Assembly: GCA_049472315.1 (NCBI GenBank)
Contig: JBLIRN010000019.1
Span: 1-57,575 of the forward strand
DNA length: 57,575 nucleotides
Direction: 5' to 3'
Origin: a bacterium
GTDB taxonomy: Bacteria; SZUA-182; DTGQ01; JAFGSM01
Shown here: in pieces, positions 19,824 to 33,164 of the stretch
Layout of the letters: every line of letters begins with the position of its first letter
Position numbering within the stretch: position 1 is the stretch's first letter
Position numbers and translations under genes: made by a program
The notes under the pieces: model-generated
Told to the model about the DNA's origin: nothing
The model's database searches: none
Seen by the model: only the letters and a program-made list of their open reading frames with translations

Positions 19824-20396
19824 CTACGGGCCGGAGGATATCACGAGGTCGACTTTGGTCCACCACACCACCATGGTGCCGGCCGCGGGAATCTGGTCGA
19901 TCACCGCTCCCTGCGGAACGGTATCACTCGATTCGTAGGATACCATTCCCACGCTCAGGTATGCATTCGTGATCACGTCCATTGCATCGTTCTGGCTTTC
20001 CCCGACCACATCGGGCACGGAGACCTCCGGCATGGGGACCGGGGTGAAGGGATACGTGGTAAAGAAGGGCGTAGTCTGGGGATAATACTGATACAGGGTG
20101 AATTGAGAAGGCCGGTTGACATAAAAGGCATTGAGGGATGACATCGGATACAATGCGTAAAAACGCGTGAGTCCAAAATCATATGAGACCGACGGCCTGG
20201 CGTAGACATTGAACCAGAAAGGTCTGGATTGGATGAATGAAGGATTTCGTGAATACGAGGAATAGGCAAGGGCGTTTCGTATCCAGTTGCTGTTGTCGTT
20301 CATGAATGGGGAATCCATTCCCGAGGCGCTAACCGTCACGAGAAGAAAAAAACCGAGAAGGATGAAACACATGACCCTGGCAGTTCTGTTACTCAT
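19824..20396 (-). CDS. Secreted protein with aromatic-rich N-terminal region and one C-terminal PASTA domain
   Basis: Signal peptide; VSVPDVVGESQNDA...SDTVPQGAVIDQIPAAGT...VDLVISSGP. Confidence 0.82.
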   Translation of the reverse strand: MSNRTARVMCFILLGFFLLVTVSASGMDSPFMNDNSNWIRNALAYSSYSRNPSFIQSRPFWFNVYARPSVSYDFGLTRFYALYPMSSLNAFYVNRPSQFTLYQYYPQTTPFFTTYPFTPVPMPEVSVPDVVGESQNDAMDVITNAYLSVGMVSYESSDTVPQGAVIDQIPAAGTMVVWWTKVDLVISSGP

Positions 20397-20556
20397 ACAA
20401 ACGTTCTCCTATATATACGGGATATTCCCAACTCTATGAATGATAAAAAGAAACAGTGATCACTGCTACGTATCAATGTACCATCAAAATTTATTTTGTC
20501 AATATTACAGGAAGGGCGCCGAAGGCATATATTAGACATAAAGAAGGGGTATACCC

Positions 20557-21375
20557 TTATGCCGTCTTTGTCCTCGACACGATCATCCGGAAGGAAAAGA
20601 GGAGTAGAAAGAAGAGGGCGGAAAGGAGGATGATGGAGCCGGAGGCGGGGACATTCAGATAGAAGGCGAGCCATAGTCCCACGATCACCGAAATCACCGC
20701 CACAAGCATGGATATCAGGATGGCATGAAAGAAACTCTTTGCCATTTGGAGTCCTGCAGCAGCAGGAATGACCACCAGCGCGGTTACGAGAAGCAAACCC
20801 ACGATCTTCATCCCCAGGACCACCACCATCGCCGTGAGGATGATCATGATACTTTCCAGGCCCCGCACCCGTATGCCGCTCGCCTTGGCTGAATCAGGAT
20901 CAAAGGTGATAAAGAGGAACTCCTGGTAGTAGAGGGTGATCGCCGCGCACGCAATGAGTGTCAGCACCATGGAGAACCAGACCTCTGTGCCGGAGATGGC
21001 CAGGATGTTTCCGAACAGGTAGCTCATAAGGTCGACATTGAAACTGCCCGCCAGGCTCGCCAGAATGATTCCGATGGCCATGCCGATGCTGCTGAAGATG
21101 CCGATGGCGGTGTCCTCGTATACCCCCGCCCTTTCCCTGAGCTTGATGATTCCCACGGCGCAGACGACCGCAATGATTAAGGCGGCGATCATGGGGGTGA
21201 TGTGGAGGATGAGTCCGAGCGCCACCCCCCCGAAGGTGATGTGGGCAAGCCCGTGTCCCAGCATGGCATCCTTGCGCAGGACCAGGAAAACACCGAGGAT
21301 TGCACAGGTGGTAGCGATAAAAATTCCGGCAAACAGTGCCCTCTGCATGAAGCTGTAAGCGAGAAAGAATTCCAC
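20557..21375 (-). CDS. znuB: Zn/Mn ABC transporter permease
   Basis: FMQRAL, GHGLAHITFGGVALG, SYLFGNIL, MKIVGLLLV, PASGSII. Confidence 0.92.
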   Translation of the reverse strand: MEFFLAYSFMQRALFAGIFIATTCAILGVFLVLRKDAMLGHGLAHITFGGVALGLILHITPMIAALIIAVVCAVGIIKLRERAGVYEDTAIGIFSSIGMAIGIILASLAGSFNVDLMSYLFGNILAISGTEVWFSMVLTLIACAAITLYYQEFLFITFDPDSAKASGIRVRGLESIMIILTAMVVVLGMKIVGLLLVTALVVIPAAAGLQMAKSFFHAILISMLVAVISVIVGLWLAFYLNVPASGSIILLSALFFLLLFSFRMIVSRTKTA

Positions 21376-21389
21376 GAAAAGCCCTTTCG

Positions 21390-22148
21390 TTAGTGACGGT
21401 GGCAGATGAGGTGTCGCTCTCCTTTCAGGAATGTCTCGACGAACGATGATCGACAGAATTCTTCATGGGTGCCGTGAAACACCAGGGTCTGGTTCAGGCA
21501 TGCGACCTTGGTGACATACTTGGTGACCATACCGATATCATGGGTGATCAATACAATGGTGATGCCGTGGAGCCTGTTCAGGGAGTCGAGCATATCATAG
21601 AAAAGGTTCTGGGTGGCAGCGTCCACCCCGGTGGTCGGCTCGTCAAGAAAGAGTATCTCCGGGTTATTGACGATGGCCCGTGCGATGAAAATGCGCTGCT
21701 GCTGCCCGCCCGAGAGCTCCCCGATCCTGCGCTTCTTGAATTCCTCCATGCCCACCTTTTCCAATGCCTGATTGATAAGGGGGTCATCACTTCTGTAGAT
21801 GAAGCGGGGGAATCTTTTGCCGGCCAGAAGCCCCATGGCCACCACCTCCTTGACGGAGGCCGGGAAGTAAGGGTCGATATGGGTGGCGTTTTGCGGTACA
21901 TACCCGAGTCGTTGCCACTGGGAGAATTCGGTGCTCGACTGGCCAAACAGCACGATCTCACCCTGTTGTATCGGCAGAATCCCGAGCACCAGCTTTATGA
22001 GGGTTGTTTTCCCGGAGCCGTTCGGCCCGAGGATGGCGAGGAAATCCCCCTGGCTGGTCTCGAATGTGATATCCGATAACACCATGGTGCCGGCATAGTG
22101 ATAGTCAAGCCCCCTTACGGATATCTGTGCGATCTCCTGTTCACTCAC
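21390..22148 (-). CDS. znuC: Zn/Mn ABC transporter ATPase
   Basis: GPNGSGKTT, GYVPQ, LSGGQQQR, LDEPT, His-containing tail. Confidence 0.93.
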   Translation of the reverse strand: MSEQEIAQISVRGLDYHYAGTMVLSDITFETSQGDFLAILGPNGSGKTTLIKLVLGILPIQQGEIVLFGQSSTEFSQWQRLGYVPQNATHIDPYFPASVKEVVAMGLLAGKRFPRFIYRSDDPLINQALEKVGMEEFKKRRIGELSGGQQQRIFIARAIVNNPEILFLDEPTTGVDAATQNLFYDMLDSLNRLHGITIVLITHDIGMVTKYVTKVACLNQTLVFHGTHEEFCRSSFVETFLKGERHLICHRH

Positions 22149-23124
22149 ATTCCAGACCTTTCTTGAGGTTGTTTAGATTTTCCTCCATGATGGCAACGAA
22201 AGAGATTCCTGCATCCCTCTCCTCCCTGGTCAGGTTTGCCCCGGGATTGAGAACCATGGTCTTTGCGCCGATCTCCCTGGCGATCACCCGGGCAAGCCGA
22301 TCATTGCCGAGCCGTTCATAAAAGACCGTTCGTACACCAAGCCGTTTTGCATCATCCGTGATCATTGCCATCTCCCGTGGTGCAGGTTCGGCATCGGGAT
22401 TCATGCCCATGAGGGAGATCTGCTCCAAGCCATAGCGTTGAGCAAGATATGAAAATGCCGCATGCCCCGCCACCAGTATCTCGGATCGCTTGCATCGCGC
22501 CAGGGATTCCGCATATTGGGTGTCCAGTGCGGCCAATCGTTCATTGTATACACTTCCGTTGTGACGATACAGGGACGCCCCTTCGGGGTCCTTGCGGGAG
22601 AATGCATCGGCGAGCGTATCCACGATTTGTTGATCCAAACGAAGATCAAGCCATATATGCGGATCAATACCCTGGTGTTGGAGGGCACGATGGGGAGGCA
22701 TGTTTCCTATTCCCTCCTCGGAGCGGACATCTCCCGGTGATTGGCGAGAGGCGGGAATTTCCACCTTCTCCATAATCTCCACCACCTCCAATGAATCACT
22801 TCGCGCACCATCGAGAATATCCCTGGCCCATGGCTCCAAACCGTTCCCTATATAGACAAAGAAATCCGCCTTCGCCAATGCAAGTACATCAGAAGGACGC
22901 GGTTCCCAGGTATGGGGTTCCGCACCGGGAGGAAGGAGAAGGCTCACCGTCGCTCGCTCCCCTCCGACGGCTCGCGCAAATTCCTGCAGGGGGAAGATGC
23001 TCGTCACCACCGTCAATCGCGGTTCGCACCATCCGACGGCACAGGTAAAAACGATGGCAACCATTACCAGCGCGCCCAGGATTCGTCCGATTCCACTTTC
23101 CATGGTCATCTCCTCACAGGTCAT
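22141..23124 (-). CDS. znuA: Zn/Mn ABC transporter substrate-binding protein
   Basis: PPGAEPHTWEP, DPHIWLD, HAAFSYLAQRYGL. Confidence 0.92.
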   Translation of the reverse strand: MTCEEMTMESGIGRILGALVMVAIVFTCAVGWCEPRLTVVTSIFPLQEFARAVGGERATVSLLLPPGAEPHTWEPRPSDVLALAKADFFVYIGNGLEPWARDILDGARSDSLEVVEIMEKVEIPASRQSPGDVRSEEGIGNMPPHRALQHQGIDPHIWLDLRLDQQIVDTLADAFSRKDPEGASLYRHNGSVYNERLAALDTQYAESLARCKRSEILVAGHAAFSYLAQRYGLEQISLMGMNPDAEPAPREMAMITDDAKRLGVRTVFYERLGNDRLARVIAREIGAKTMVLNPGANLTREERDAGISFVAIMEENLNNLKKGLECE

Positions 23125-23254
23125 TGAGCGCGAGGCATGCAGGTGAATGGGCTCCCTGCACCTTCTCCGACAATGGAAGGGTAGTATAGGAAGGGGGCAA
23201 TGTCAAGACGTTTGATCACTCCGGTGCGAAAAGGGCATTATTTGCCATGAGGTT

Positions 23255-23408
23255 TGGGGTCAGGTCTTGAATTGACAGTTTTTTCATGCTTCGTCGCGGC
23301 ACAAAGTGGCATGACCGTTTGTTCCGAAAATAGATTTCATGCTTCGTGGTGCCACAAGGCAGCAAGAGGGTTTGTTCTAAAAAACTGTCATTTCAAGACC
23401 TGACCCCA
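23255..23408. mobile_element. 154-bp MITE/REP-like element with 30-bp terminal inverted repeats and internal direct repeats
   Basis: tggggtcaggtcttgaattgacagtttttt vs aaaaaactgtcatttcaagacctgacccca (1 mismatch); tttcatgcttcgt occurs at 23282 and 23336. Confidence 0.7.
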
Positions 23409-23560
23409 TTTTGTTTTTGGATTGCTTATTCATAGAATTTATGCCCCATCATACACAAAAAATATCCCTGCCTGCCTCGTTTCCCCCTATTATAATATAA
23501 TCTTTCATAAAATTTTATAATAAAGATATGCAATAAAATATATTAATTATAGGGTCATTT

Positions 23561-23575
23561 TGGCACAAATCTTGT
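23561..23575 (+). promoter_or_regulatory. Putative sigma54 promoter of the V-ATPase operon
   Basis: TGGCACAAATCTTGT (perfect -24 box, TTGT at -12), preceded by an AT-rich tract. Confidence 0.5.
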
Positions 23576-23685
23576 TTCTTATAGAAACGACGCTACAGAC
23601 ATAATCTTCGTCTGATCTTCTCTTTTCTCCATCTGAGAAGGAAGGGTAATCAGCACAGGTATAGCATGAACAAAGGGATACAGCA

Positions 23686-24021
23686 ATGGAGACCATAACG
23701 GATGTAAAGGTCATCCGGCAGATGCTCGATGTAGAAAAAAGTGCCTGTACCATCATTGATGAGGCAAAACAAGAGGCAAACAAGCTCATAGAGGAAGCGA
23801 GGAATGAGTCAAGAAAGATCGTAGAGGAGACAAAGAAGGAGATAATCCAGAGAACCGAGGTCCTGGAAAGCCAATTACAGGAAGAAGCAGAGGAAGAGAT
23901 CAACCGCATTCATGCATCAAAGCAGGATATGTTGGAAATAATAAAACAAAAGTCACACCTGAAAAGAGAACAGGCAGTAGAAATAGTAAGTGAATTCTTA
24001 TTTAAAACGATCGTTGATTAG
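23686..24021 (+). CDS. V/A-type ATPase subunit G/H (peripheral stalk)
   Basis: Charged coiled coil IIDEAKQEANKLIEEAR; first gene of the operon. Confidence 0.8.
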   Translation: METITDVKVIRQMLDVEKSACTIIDEAKQEANKLIEEARNESRKIVEETKKEIIQRTEVLESQLQEEAEEEINRIHASKQDMLEIIKQKSHLKREQAVEIVSEFLFKTIVD

Positions 24022-24023
24022 TC

Positions 24024-25073
24024 ATGTTAAAGGATGCTATCCGTTTTTCATACATAAATGCAAAGATACGATCATTGAAGAGCCGATTGCTCATTCCATC
24101 CGATTACGAAAAATTAATCAAGGCCCAAGGGTATCAGGGATTGGTCGAGTCCCTGCGCTTGACATCCTATGGTATGAAAATCGATGAGACCCTCTCTTCC
24201 TTCGATGACCTTATTCATCTCTACCATATCTATCTATTTGAAACATATACTAAAATCATTGATTCCGTGTCCGGCAATATCAAGCAACTTGTGAATCATT
24301 TGTACCAACGCTATGAGCTTGAGAATTTGAAGGTTATCATCAGGACAATTTGCTATGGCCAACAGCCGGAATACGCACGACGACTTCTGTTCCCTGTTAC
24401 AAAACATGCCACCCTTTCGGCCGATGAGCTTCTTGCCTCAAAGGATATGACCGAACTCATCGAGGCAGTCAAAGGCACATGGTACTACGAACCCCTCGAA
24501 AATTCACTGTATCGATTCGAAAACGAGGGGGAGACATTTCCTTTGGAAATGGCCCTTGACTTGAGTTATTACAAACATCTGTGGGAAATCGTTTCCTCGC
24601 TGGTCCGAAAAGACAAGAAGGTCGCGAGAACACTTTTAGGGATTCAGTTGGATGCCTTAAATATCATATGGATCATGCGCTTCAAGGAAAGTTATCGTTT
24701 CACTCCTGAAGAGATCCTCAATTACAGCCTTGTGAATGGAAAACATATATCAAGAAAGGTGAGGAAACGATTGGCTTATTCGGTCGGCGTAAACGATGTG
24801 ATAGTGAATTTGGAGGGAACACCGTATAAGAGTTTTCTACAAGCCATGAATGATCCTGAAATAGGATATATTAAGTTGCTCCAATATGTCTTAAGCATTA
24901 CCAGAAGCAACTGGAGCAGATATCCATTTCAAATAGGAACTATTTTGGATTATATATTCTTTATTGAAATGGAAATAAAGGACCTCATTACCATTACTGA
25001 GGGAATAAGGATAGGAATGTCTAATGATGAAGTCAATAAATATATAGTACACAACGTTGAAATAACATGTTAA
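24024..25073 (+). CDS. ntpC: V/A-type ATPase subunit C (d)
   Basis: YINAKIRSLKSRLL, YELENLKVIIR, LEMALDLSYY, EMEIKDLITITEG. Confidence 0.9.
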   Translation: MLKDAIRFSYINAKIRSLKSRLLIPSDYEKLIKAQGYQGLVESLRLTSYGMKIDETLSSFDDLIHLYHIYLFETYTKIIDSVSGNIKQLVNHLYQRYELENLKVIIRTICYGQQPEYARRLLFPVTKHATLSADELLASKDMTELIEAVKGTWYYEPLENSLYRFENEGETFPLEMALDLSYYKHLWEIVSSLVRKDKKVARTLLGIQLDALNIIWIMRFKESYRFTPEEILNYSLVNGKHISRKVRKRLAYSVGVNDVIVNLEGTPYKSFLQAMNDPEIGYIKLLQYVLSITRSNWSRYPFQIGTILDYIFFIEMEIKDLITITEGIRIGMSNDEVNKYIVHNVEITC

Positions 25074-25177
25074 CTTATTGTTACTAGTTGATATACTTTA
25101 TAAACAAGAACGTATACTATTTTTAAATTTAATATTTGTAGAAGTATAGTATGGATTGCGGTTAGGAGTGGTGTATA

Positions 25178-27606
<2,429 letters not shown>

Positions 27607-27634
27607 TTCATGATACAGGCCCAGAGGGTATGAG

Positions 27635-27943
27635 ATGAAATTTCTGATCATCGGGGACAAGGATACGGTCACCGGATTTTCCCTTGCAGGGATCGAAGGG
27701 ATCGTCGCCAATTCCAAGAGGGAAGCGATGCGTGAACTCCAGCAGGCCGTCAACCGCAAAGGGGTGGGCATCATTCTGATTACCGAAGGATTGGCGAGGC
27801 AAATGCAGGATGTCATCAATGATCTCCTGTTCTGCACCAAAAAATGCCATTTGATCCTTCAGATCCCGGATGTCCAGGGACAGCCCATGGGCCCGCGCAT
27901 GGTTGAGGAGTTTGTACTTTCGGCTATTGGGGTAAAGATATAA
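27635..27943 (+). CDS. V/A-type ATPase subunit F
   Basis: IIGDKDTVTGFSLAGIEG, GIILITE, QIPD, AIGVKI. Confidence 0.92.
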   Translation: MKFLIIGDKDTVTGFSLAGIEGIVANSKREAMRELQQAVNRKGVGIILITEGLARQMQDVINDLLFCTKKCHLILQIPDVQGQPMGPRMVEEFVLSAIGVKI

Positions 27944-27964
27944 TCGAAGAGCAGGTGAGCGAGC

Positions 27965-28591
27965 ATGGAATATAATCAGAATGTGGAGATATTGTCACGG
28001 GTCATCATGAATGATGCCTACCTGGAGGCCGAGGCGATTATTGAGAAGGCCAGGAGCGACGCTGCGTCCATCAGGGAAAACGGCATCATTACTGCCCATA
28101 ACCTGAAACACAAGAACATCGTAAACGTATCCCAGGTAAAGCTCTCGGGCAGCAAAGGGAAGGTCATTTCCCTGGCGGAGTTTCGTGCCCGAAGCGAGAT
28201 ATTGGGGCGTAAGGAGGAGATTTTACAGGGGGTATTATGGCAGGTGCAGCGGGCGTTTTATGCGGTTCCAAAGCGTGAGGACTATCCGGAGATAGTGCAC
28301 CGGCTCATCGGCCATGCCCTGGGAGTCCTCTATCAGGACGGCGAGGCGTTTGCGTGCCGGACGAATCTTCGGGATCAGGCCCTGCTTTCGGCTGCGGTAA
28401 TGCAGGAGCTTTCCCGGCGATACGGCAAGCGGCTCGGGCTTGATGAGACCCCTGTAGAGATTACGGGAGGGGTGATCGTGTATCGTGCGGACTTCCGGGT
28501 CCTGTACGACAACTCCCTGGAGGCGATCTTTGAGCGAAACAGACAGCAGATGCGGTGTATGGCCGCGGAGTGCATCTTTGGCAAGGAGTAG
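27965..28591 (+). CDS. ntpE: V/A-type ATPase subunit E
   Basis: N-terminal coiled coil; ITGGVIV...YDNSLEA. Confidence 0.88.
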   Translation: MEYNQNVEILSRVIMNDAYLEAEAIIEKARSDAASIRENGIITAHNLKHKNIVNVSQVKLSGSKGKVISLAEFRARSEILGRKEEILQGVLWQVQRAFYAVPKREDYPEIVHRLIGHALGVLYQDGEAFACRTNLRDQALLSAAVMQELSRRYGKRLGLDETPVEITGGVIVYRADFRVLYDNSLEAIFERNRQQMRCMAAECIFGKE

Positions 28592-28599
28592 GTGAGGAC

Positions 28600-30384
28600 A
28601 TGTCTGAGAAGGCAGTGGGAATAGTGGACTGGATCAATGGTCCGGTCATACGGGCGGTTGACGTCCATTCCCTTGAGATGATGGAGCTGGTGGAGGTGGG
28701 CGACGAGCGGCTCATCGGCGAGGTCATCGAGCTTGACGAGACCAAGGCCACCATTCAGGTATATGAAGACACCACGGGCCTGAAGCCCGGAACGATTGTC
28801 TACGGCACGGGCATTCCGCTCTCCGTTGAATTGGGGCCCGGGCTCATCGGGAACGTCTACGACGGGATCCAGCGACCATTGCGCGACATCCTTGCGCACG
28901 CGGGCAACTTCATCACCAAGGGGGTGAAGGTACATCCCCTGGACCGGGAGCGCCGATGGCCCTTTGCACCCCTGGTGCGGGAGGGGGACCATGTGGCACC
29001 GGGGGGTCTTCTGGGCATTGTGCCGGAGACCCCGATCTTCGACCACCGGGTCCTCGTTCCTCCCACCCTGGAGGGAAAGGTGAGCCTAATCGCGCAGAAG
29101 GGGGAGTACCGGGTGGATGAACCCATTGTGCGGATCACCACCAATTCGGGATCGGTGGAGATCTGCATGCTGCAGCACTGGCCGGTGCGGCGGCCCCGTC
29201 CCTACCTGCGAAGGCTTTTACCGGAGGCCCCTTTGATAACCGGACAGCGGGTCATCGACACCTTCTTTCCCATAGCCAAGGGGGGGACCGCGGGTCTTCC
29301 CGGCGGATTCGGCACCGGCAAGACCATCACCCAGCATCAGCTCTCCAAGTGGTCGGATGCCGACATTGTGGTGTACATCGGCTGCGGTGAGCGGGGAAAC
29401 GAGATGACCGGCGTGCTCACGGACTTCCCCCGTCTGGTGGATATAAAAAAGGGACGACCGTTGATGGAGCGCACCATCCTGATCGCCAACACCTCGGATA
29501 TGCCCCTGGCCGCCCGGGAGGCAAGCATCTATACCGGAATCACCATCGCCGAGTATTACCGCGACATGGGCTACGACGTGGCCCTTATGGCCGACTCCAC
29601 CTCCCGGTGGGCCGAGGCCCTGCGGGAGATCTCCGGAAGGCTCGAGGAGATGCCCGCGGAGGAGGGATTCCCCGCGTACCTTGCAAGCCGCCTGGGGAAG
29701 TTCTACGAGCGGGCAGGCAGGGTGCAGACCATGAACAACAAAACAGGCTCCATCACCGCCATCTGCGCGGTATCCCCCCCGGGGGGGGATTTTTCCGAGT
29801 GCGTGACCCAGCACACCAAACGATTCGTACGCTGTTTCTGGGGACTCAACAAGGAGCTTGCCAGTGCCCGGTATTTCCCTGCCATCAACTACATGGACAG
29901 CTACAGCGAGTATCTGGACCTGGTGCAAAGCTGGTGGCACCAGGAGGTGGACCCCCGGTGGCGGGACCTGCGGGAGGAGGCCATGCAGGTGCTGCAGCAG
30001 GACTACAAGCTGCAGCGCATCATCAAGCTCATCGGCGAGGATGCCCTGCCCGACTCCCAGCGGCTGATCCTGGAGACCGCACGGCTTATAAAAAACTCCT
30101 TCCTGCAGCAGAGCGCCTTTGACCCGGTGGACAGCTACGCAATACCCACAAAGCAGCTTTGCATGCTCCAGGTGATCATGCACTTCTACCACCGGGCCTG
30201 CGATATCATCAAGACTCACATCCCCATCTATCGGATCCTGGAGCTTCCGGTAATACAAGAGATACAACGTATGAAGGAGAACATCCCCAACCAGGAAACA
30301 GAGCCCTTCGAACGGCTGACCGAGCAGATCGACCTGCAGATGGAGCAGATGGAGAAGGAGTGCATGGAGGGGGCGGTCTTATGA
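28600..30384 (+). CDS. ntpA: V/A-type ATPase catalytic subunit A
   Basis: [16 protein letters not shown]-loop [36 protein letters not shown]. Confidence 0.97.
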   Translation: MSEKAVGIVDWINGPVIRAVDVHSLEMMELVEVGDERLIGEVIELDETKATIQVYEDTTGLKPGTIVYGTGIPLSVELGPGLIGNVYDGIQRPLRDILAHAGNFITKGVKVHPLDRERRWPFAPLVREGDHVAPGGLLGIVPETPIFDHRVLVPPTLEGKVSLIAQKGEYRVDEPIVRITTNSGSVEICMLQHWPVRRPRPYLRRLLPEAPLITGQRVIDTFFPIAKGGTAGLPGGFGTGKTITQHQLSKWSDADIVVYIGCGERGNEMTGVLTDFPRLVDIKKGRPLMERTILIANTSDMPLAAREASIYTGITIAEYYRDMGYDVALMADSTSRWAEALREISGRLEEMPAEEGFPAYLASRLGKFYERAGRVQTMNNKTGSITAICAVSPPGGDFSECVTQHTKRFVRCFWGLNKELASARYFPAINYMDSYSEYLDLVQSWWHQEVDPRWRDLREEAMQVLQQDYKLQRIIKLIGEDALPDSQRLILETARLIKNSFLQQSAFDPVDSYAIPTKQLCMLQVIMHFYHRACDIIKTHIPIYRILELPVIQEIQRMKENIPNQETEPFERLTEQIDLQMEQMEKECMEGAVL

Positions 30385-31817
30385 GCACTATCGATAGGGA
30401 GAGCAAGGAATACATCGGCGTATCCAAGGTATCGGGTCCGCTTTTGTTCATCGAGGACATCACCGGGGTGGGCTTTGCCGAGGTAGTGGAGGTACGCACC
30501 CGCACCAACGAGGTGCGGCATGGCAGGGTGCTCAGCGTAAGTCGCAATGCCGCCCTCATCGAGGTGTTCGAGGGCACCGGCGGGCTGACCATCTCGAGCA
30601 CCCGGGTGCGGTTCCAGGGAAGGCCCATGCAGATTTCGGTCTCCATGGACATGCTGGGCAGGGTGTTCAACGGCATGGGCATGCCCATCGACAGCTATCC
30701 CTCCCCTATCTCCCAGGACTTCCGGGACATCAACGGGCTTCCCATCAATCCCATCGTGCGGGAGTACCCTGCGGATTTCATCCAGACCGGGATCTCCGCC
30801 ATCGACTGCATGAACACCCTGGTGCAGGGCCAGAAGCTTCCCATATTCTCGGGAAGCGGCCTCCCCCACAACGAGCTTGCCGCCCAGATCGTGCGGCAGG
30901 CCACGGTTCCGGGCCACAACGAGCGGTTTGCCATCGTATTTGCCGCCATGGGCATAAAAAACGACGTGGCCCACATGTTCCGCACGAGCTTCGAGGAGAG
31001 CGGGGCCATCTCGCGGGTGGTCATGTTTCTGAACCTGGCGAACGACCCCTCCATCGAGCGGCTGGTAACCCCGCGATCGGCCCTCACCGTTGCCGAGTAC
31101 CTGGCCTTCGAGCAGGGCATGCACGTGCTGGTGATCCTCACGGACATGACCAATTACTGCGAGGCCCTGCGGGAGATCGCCAGCTCAAAGGGGGAGATCC
31201 CCAGCCGCAAGGGGTACCCGGGGTATCTGTACAGCGATCTTGCCTCCATCTACGAGCGGGCGGGAAAGATCATCGGGTGCACCGGCTCCATCACCCAGAT
31301 CCCCATCCTCACCATGCCCAACGACGACATCACCCATCCCATCCCCGATCTGACCGGATTCATCACCGAGGGGCAGATCGTGCTGGACCGGGAGCTGAAC
31401 AAGAAGGGGATCTATCCCCCCATCAACGTGCTGCCCAGCCTGTCCCGGCTCATGAACGACGGCATCGGTGGGGAAAAGACCCGCGAGGACCACGCGAACA
31501 TATCCAATCAGCTCTATGCGGCGTATTCCTATGTACGGAAGGTGGAGACCCTCGCCTCCATCATCGGGGAAAACGAGCTGTCGGACAAGGACAAAAAATA
31601 CCTGGAGTTCGGCAAGGCATTCGAGGAGCGATTCATCAGGCAGGGCCTCCACGAGGAACGAGACATTACGGAAACCCTGGACCTTGCCTGGGAGTTGGCG
31701 TCCATCCTGCCCAAGGAGGAACTGATCCGGGTAACGAAACGGCAGATTGAGCAGTACTATTCAAAAGAGCATGAAGAGGAGGGAAAAGAGGCTGAGGTTC
31801 CATGTCCAAAAGGTTAA
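30381..31817 (+). CDS. ntpB: V/A-type ATPase subunit B
   Basis: [57 protein letters not shown]. Confidence 0.97.
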   Translation: MSTIDRESKEYIGVSKVSGPLLFIEDITGVGFAEVVEVRTRTNEVRHGRVLSVSRNAALIEVFEGTGGLTISSTRVRFQGRPMQISVSMDMLGRVFNGMGMPIDSYPSPISQDFRDINGLPINPIVREYPADFIQTGISAIDCMNTLVQGQKLPIFSGSGLPHNELAAQIVRQATVPGHNERFAIVFAAMGIKNDVAHMFRTSFEESGAISRVVMFLNLANDPSIERLVTPRSALTVAEYLAFEQGMHVLVILTDMTNYCEALREIASSKGEIPSRKGYPGYLYSDLASIYERAGKIIGCTGSITQIPILTMPNDDITHPIPDLTGFITEGQIVLDRELNKKGIYPPINVLPSLSRLMNDGIGGEKTREDHANISNQLYAAYSYVRKVETLASIIGENELSDKDKKYLEFGKAFEERFIRQGLHEERDITETLDLAWELASILPKEELIRVTKRQIEQYYSKEHEEEGKEAEVPCPKG

Positions 31818-32422
31818 TTGTCTCCATCACAAAAAGTAATGTCCTGCGGATAAAGGAGGAGCTCGACTTCGCCCAGGAGGGGTATGACCTGCTCGAACAG
31901 AAGCGTGAGGTACTGGTTATGGAGGTCATGGGCCTCATCGAGGAGTTCAGACGCTGCAAAAGGGAGGTAGAGGATTCCCTGGCCCGTGCCTATGAATACC
32001 TGAAGGTCTCCCAAATGATCTTAGGGGAGAAAGGAGTGCTGAAGGCCGCACTTTCCGCTGTCCCCTGCGAAGATTTCAAAATAATAGACAGAAGCATCAT
32101 GGGGATCGTGGTCCCTGTCATCCGGTTCACCATAAAAAAGACCTCATGTAATCAATACGGATTCCAGGACACCTCCCACTGCCTCGACAAGACGGTGAAA
32201 CAGTTCCATTCCTGCCTTGAGAAATTGGCAAAACTCGCCCAGCTTGAGATTACCCTGTGGAGGCTTACCAACGAGCTGAGAAAGACACAAAGAAGGGCCA
32301 ATGCCTTGAACAATATATTTATCCCCGAATACAGGGATACCATCAAATATATCGAGGATAATCTCGAAGAGAAGGAACGGGAAGAAATCTTTCAATTAAA
32401 ACGGGTAAAGAAGAGGCTTTGA
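31802..32422 (+). CDS. ntpD: V/A-type ATPase subunit D
   Basis: [38 protein letters not shown]. Confidence 0.95.
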   Translation: MSKRLIVSITKSNVLRIKEELDFAQEGYDLLEQKREVLVMEVMGLIEEFRRCKREVEDSLARAYEYLKVSQMILGEKGVLKAALSAVPCEDFKIIDRSIMGIVVPVIRFTIKKTSCNQYGFQDTSHCLDKTVKQFHSCLEKLAKLAQLEITLWRLTNELRKTQRRANALNNIFIPEYRDTIKYIEDNLEEKEREEIFQLKRVKKRL

Positions 32423-32545
32423 TCCTTAAAGGTCTTAATCACTTCATCTCCTATGCCCCGCAGCGTGCGCCATTACAAAAGAGACAGTCCCCCTCCGGAT
32501 GCCCCGCAGCGTACAGCGTGGACGGCCATTTCGGCTTGATAACTA

Positions 32546-32564
32546 TTTGGCTACTTGGTAAAAT
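32546..32564 (+). promoter_or_regulatory. Putative ArsR-family operator, copy 1
   Basis: tttggctacttggtaaaat, nearly identical to the sequence upstream of the ArsR gene (34318-34336). Confidence 0.5.
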
Positions 32565-32640
32565 CCAGCATAAACACTAATTGCTTCAAGGAGTTCTTAC
32601 TATCCATGAATATGAGTAAATCTCAGGGGAGATAACCCGT

Positions 32641-33030
32641 ATGGATTGGAAGAAGGAATGGAAGCCGCTCCTGATCATTGCTGCCTCCTTTTTGCTTTGC
32701 TTTTTCATCCCGGTTGGCGTGGCGCGATTCGATAATGCAGTGCTGGAGGCGATTTACCTTGTAAAATGGTATGCGCGCGAACATGTGCTCATGTGCCTTG
32801 TCCCCGCCTTCTTCATTGCCGGCGCGATCGCCGTCTTTATCAGCCAGTCCTCGGTCATGAAATACCTGGGCGCCAAGGCCAACAAGGTGCTCTCGTACGG
32901 TGTGGCATCGGTCTCCGGCTCGGTCCTTGCCGTATGCTCCTGTACGGTCCTTCCGCTTTTTGCCGGGATCTACAGCATGGGAGCAGGTATCGGTCCCGCA
33001 TTTACGCCTGTTCCGATGCGCAGAATGTGA
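32641..33030 (+). pseudogene. Truncated DUF318/ArsP-type permease (N-terminal part only)
   Basis: WYAREHVLMCLVPAFFIAGAI, LAVCSCTVLPLF, GAGIGPA, then an abrupt unrelated tail and stop at 129 aa. Confidence 0.78.
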
Positions 33031-33128
33031 GATGGGTTATATCCTTCTAACCGGAAACGGCCTTAAAAAACATGGGGATAATACCTTCATCGATCCGGTA
33101 TTACCCCCATGCAACCCGCTTTTTGCAT

Positions 33129-33152
33129 AAAAAAGGGGTTCTTACCCCCTTG
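33129..33152 (-). terminator. Terminator of the second Gly-rich gene
   Basis: aaaaaaggggt-tctt-acccccttt-type hairpin; U-tract on the minus strand. Confidence 0.6.
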
Positions 33153-33164
33153 ATTCCAAAAATG

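Noticed and set aside
32453..32512. 14-bp direct repeat atgccccgcagcgt (32453 and 32499)
   Set aside because: Only two short copies with no associated element; cannot assign a function
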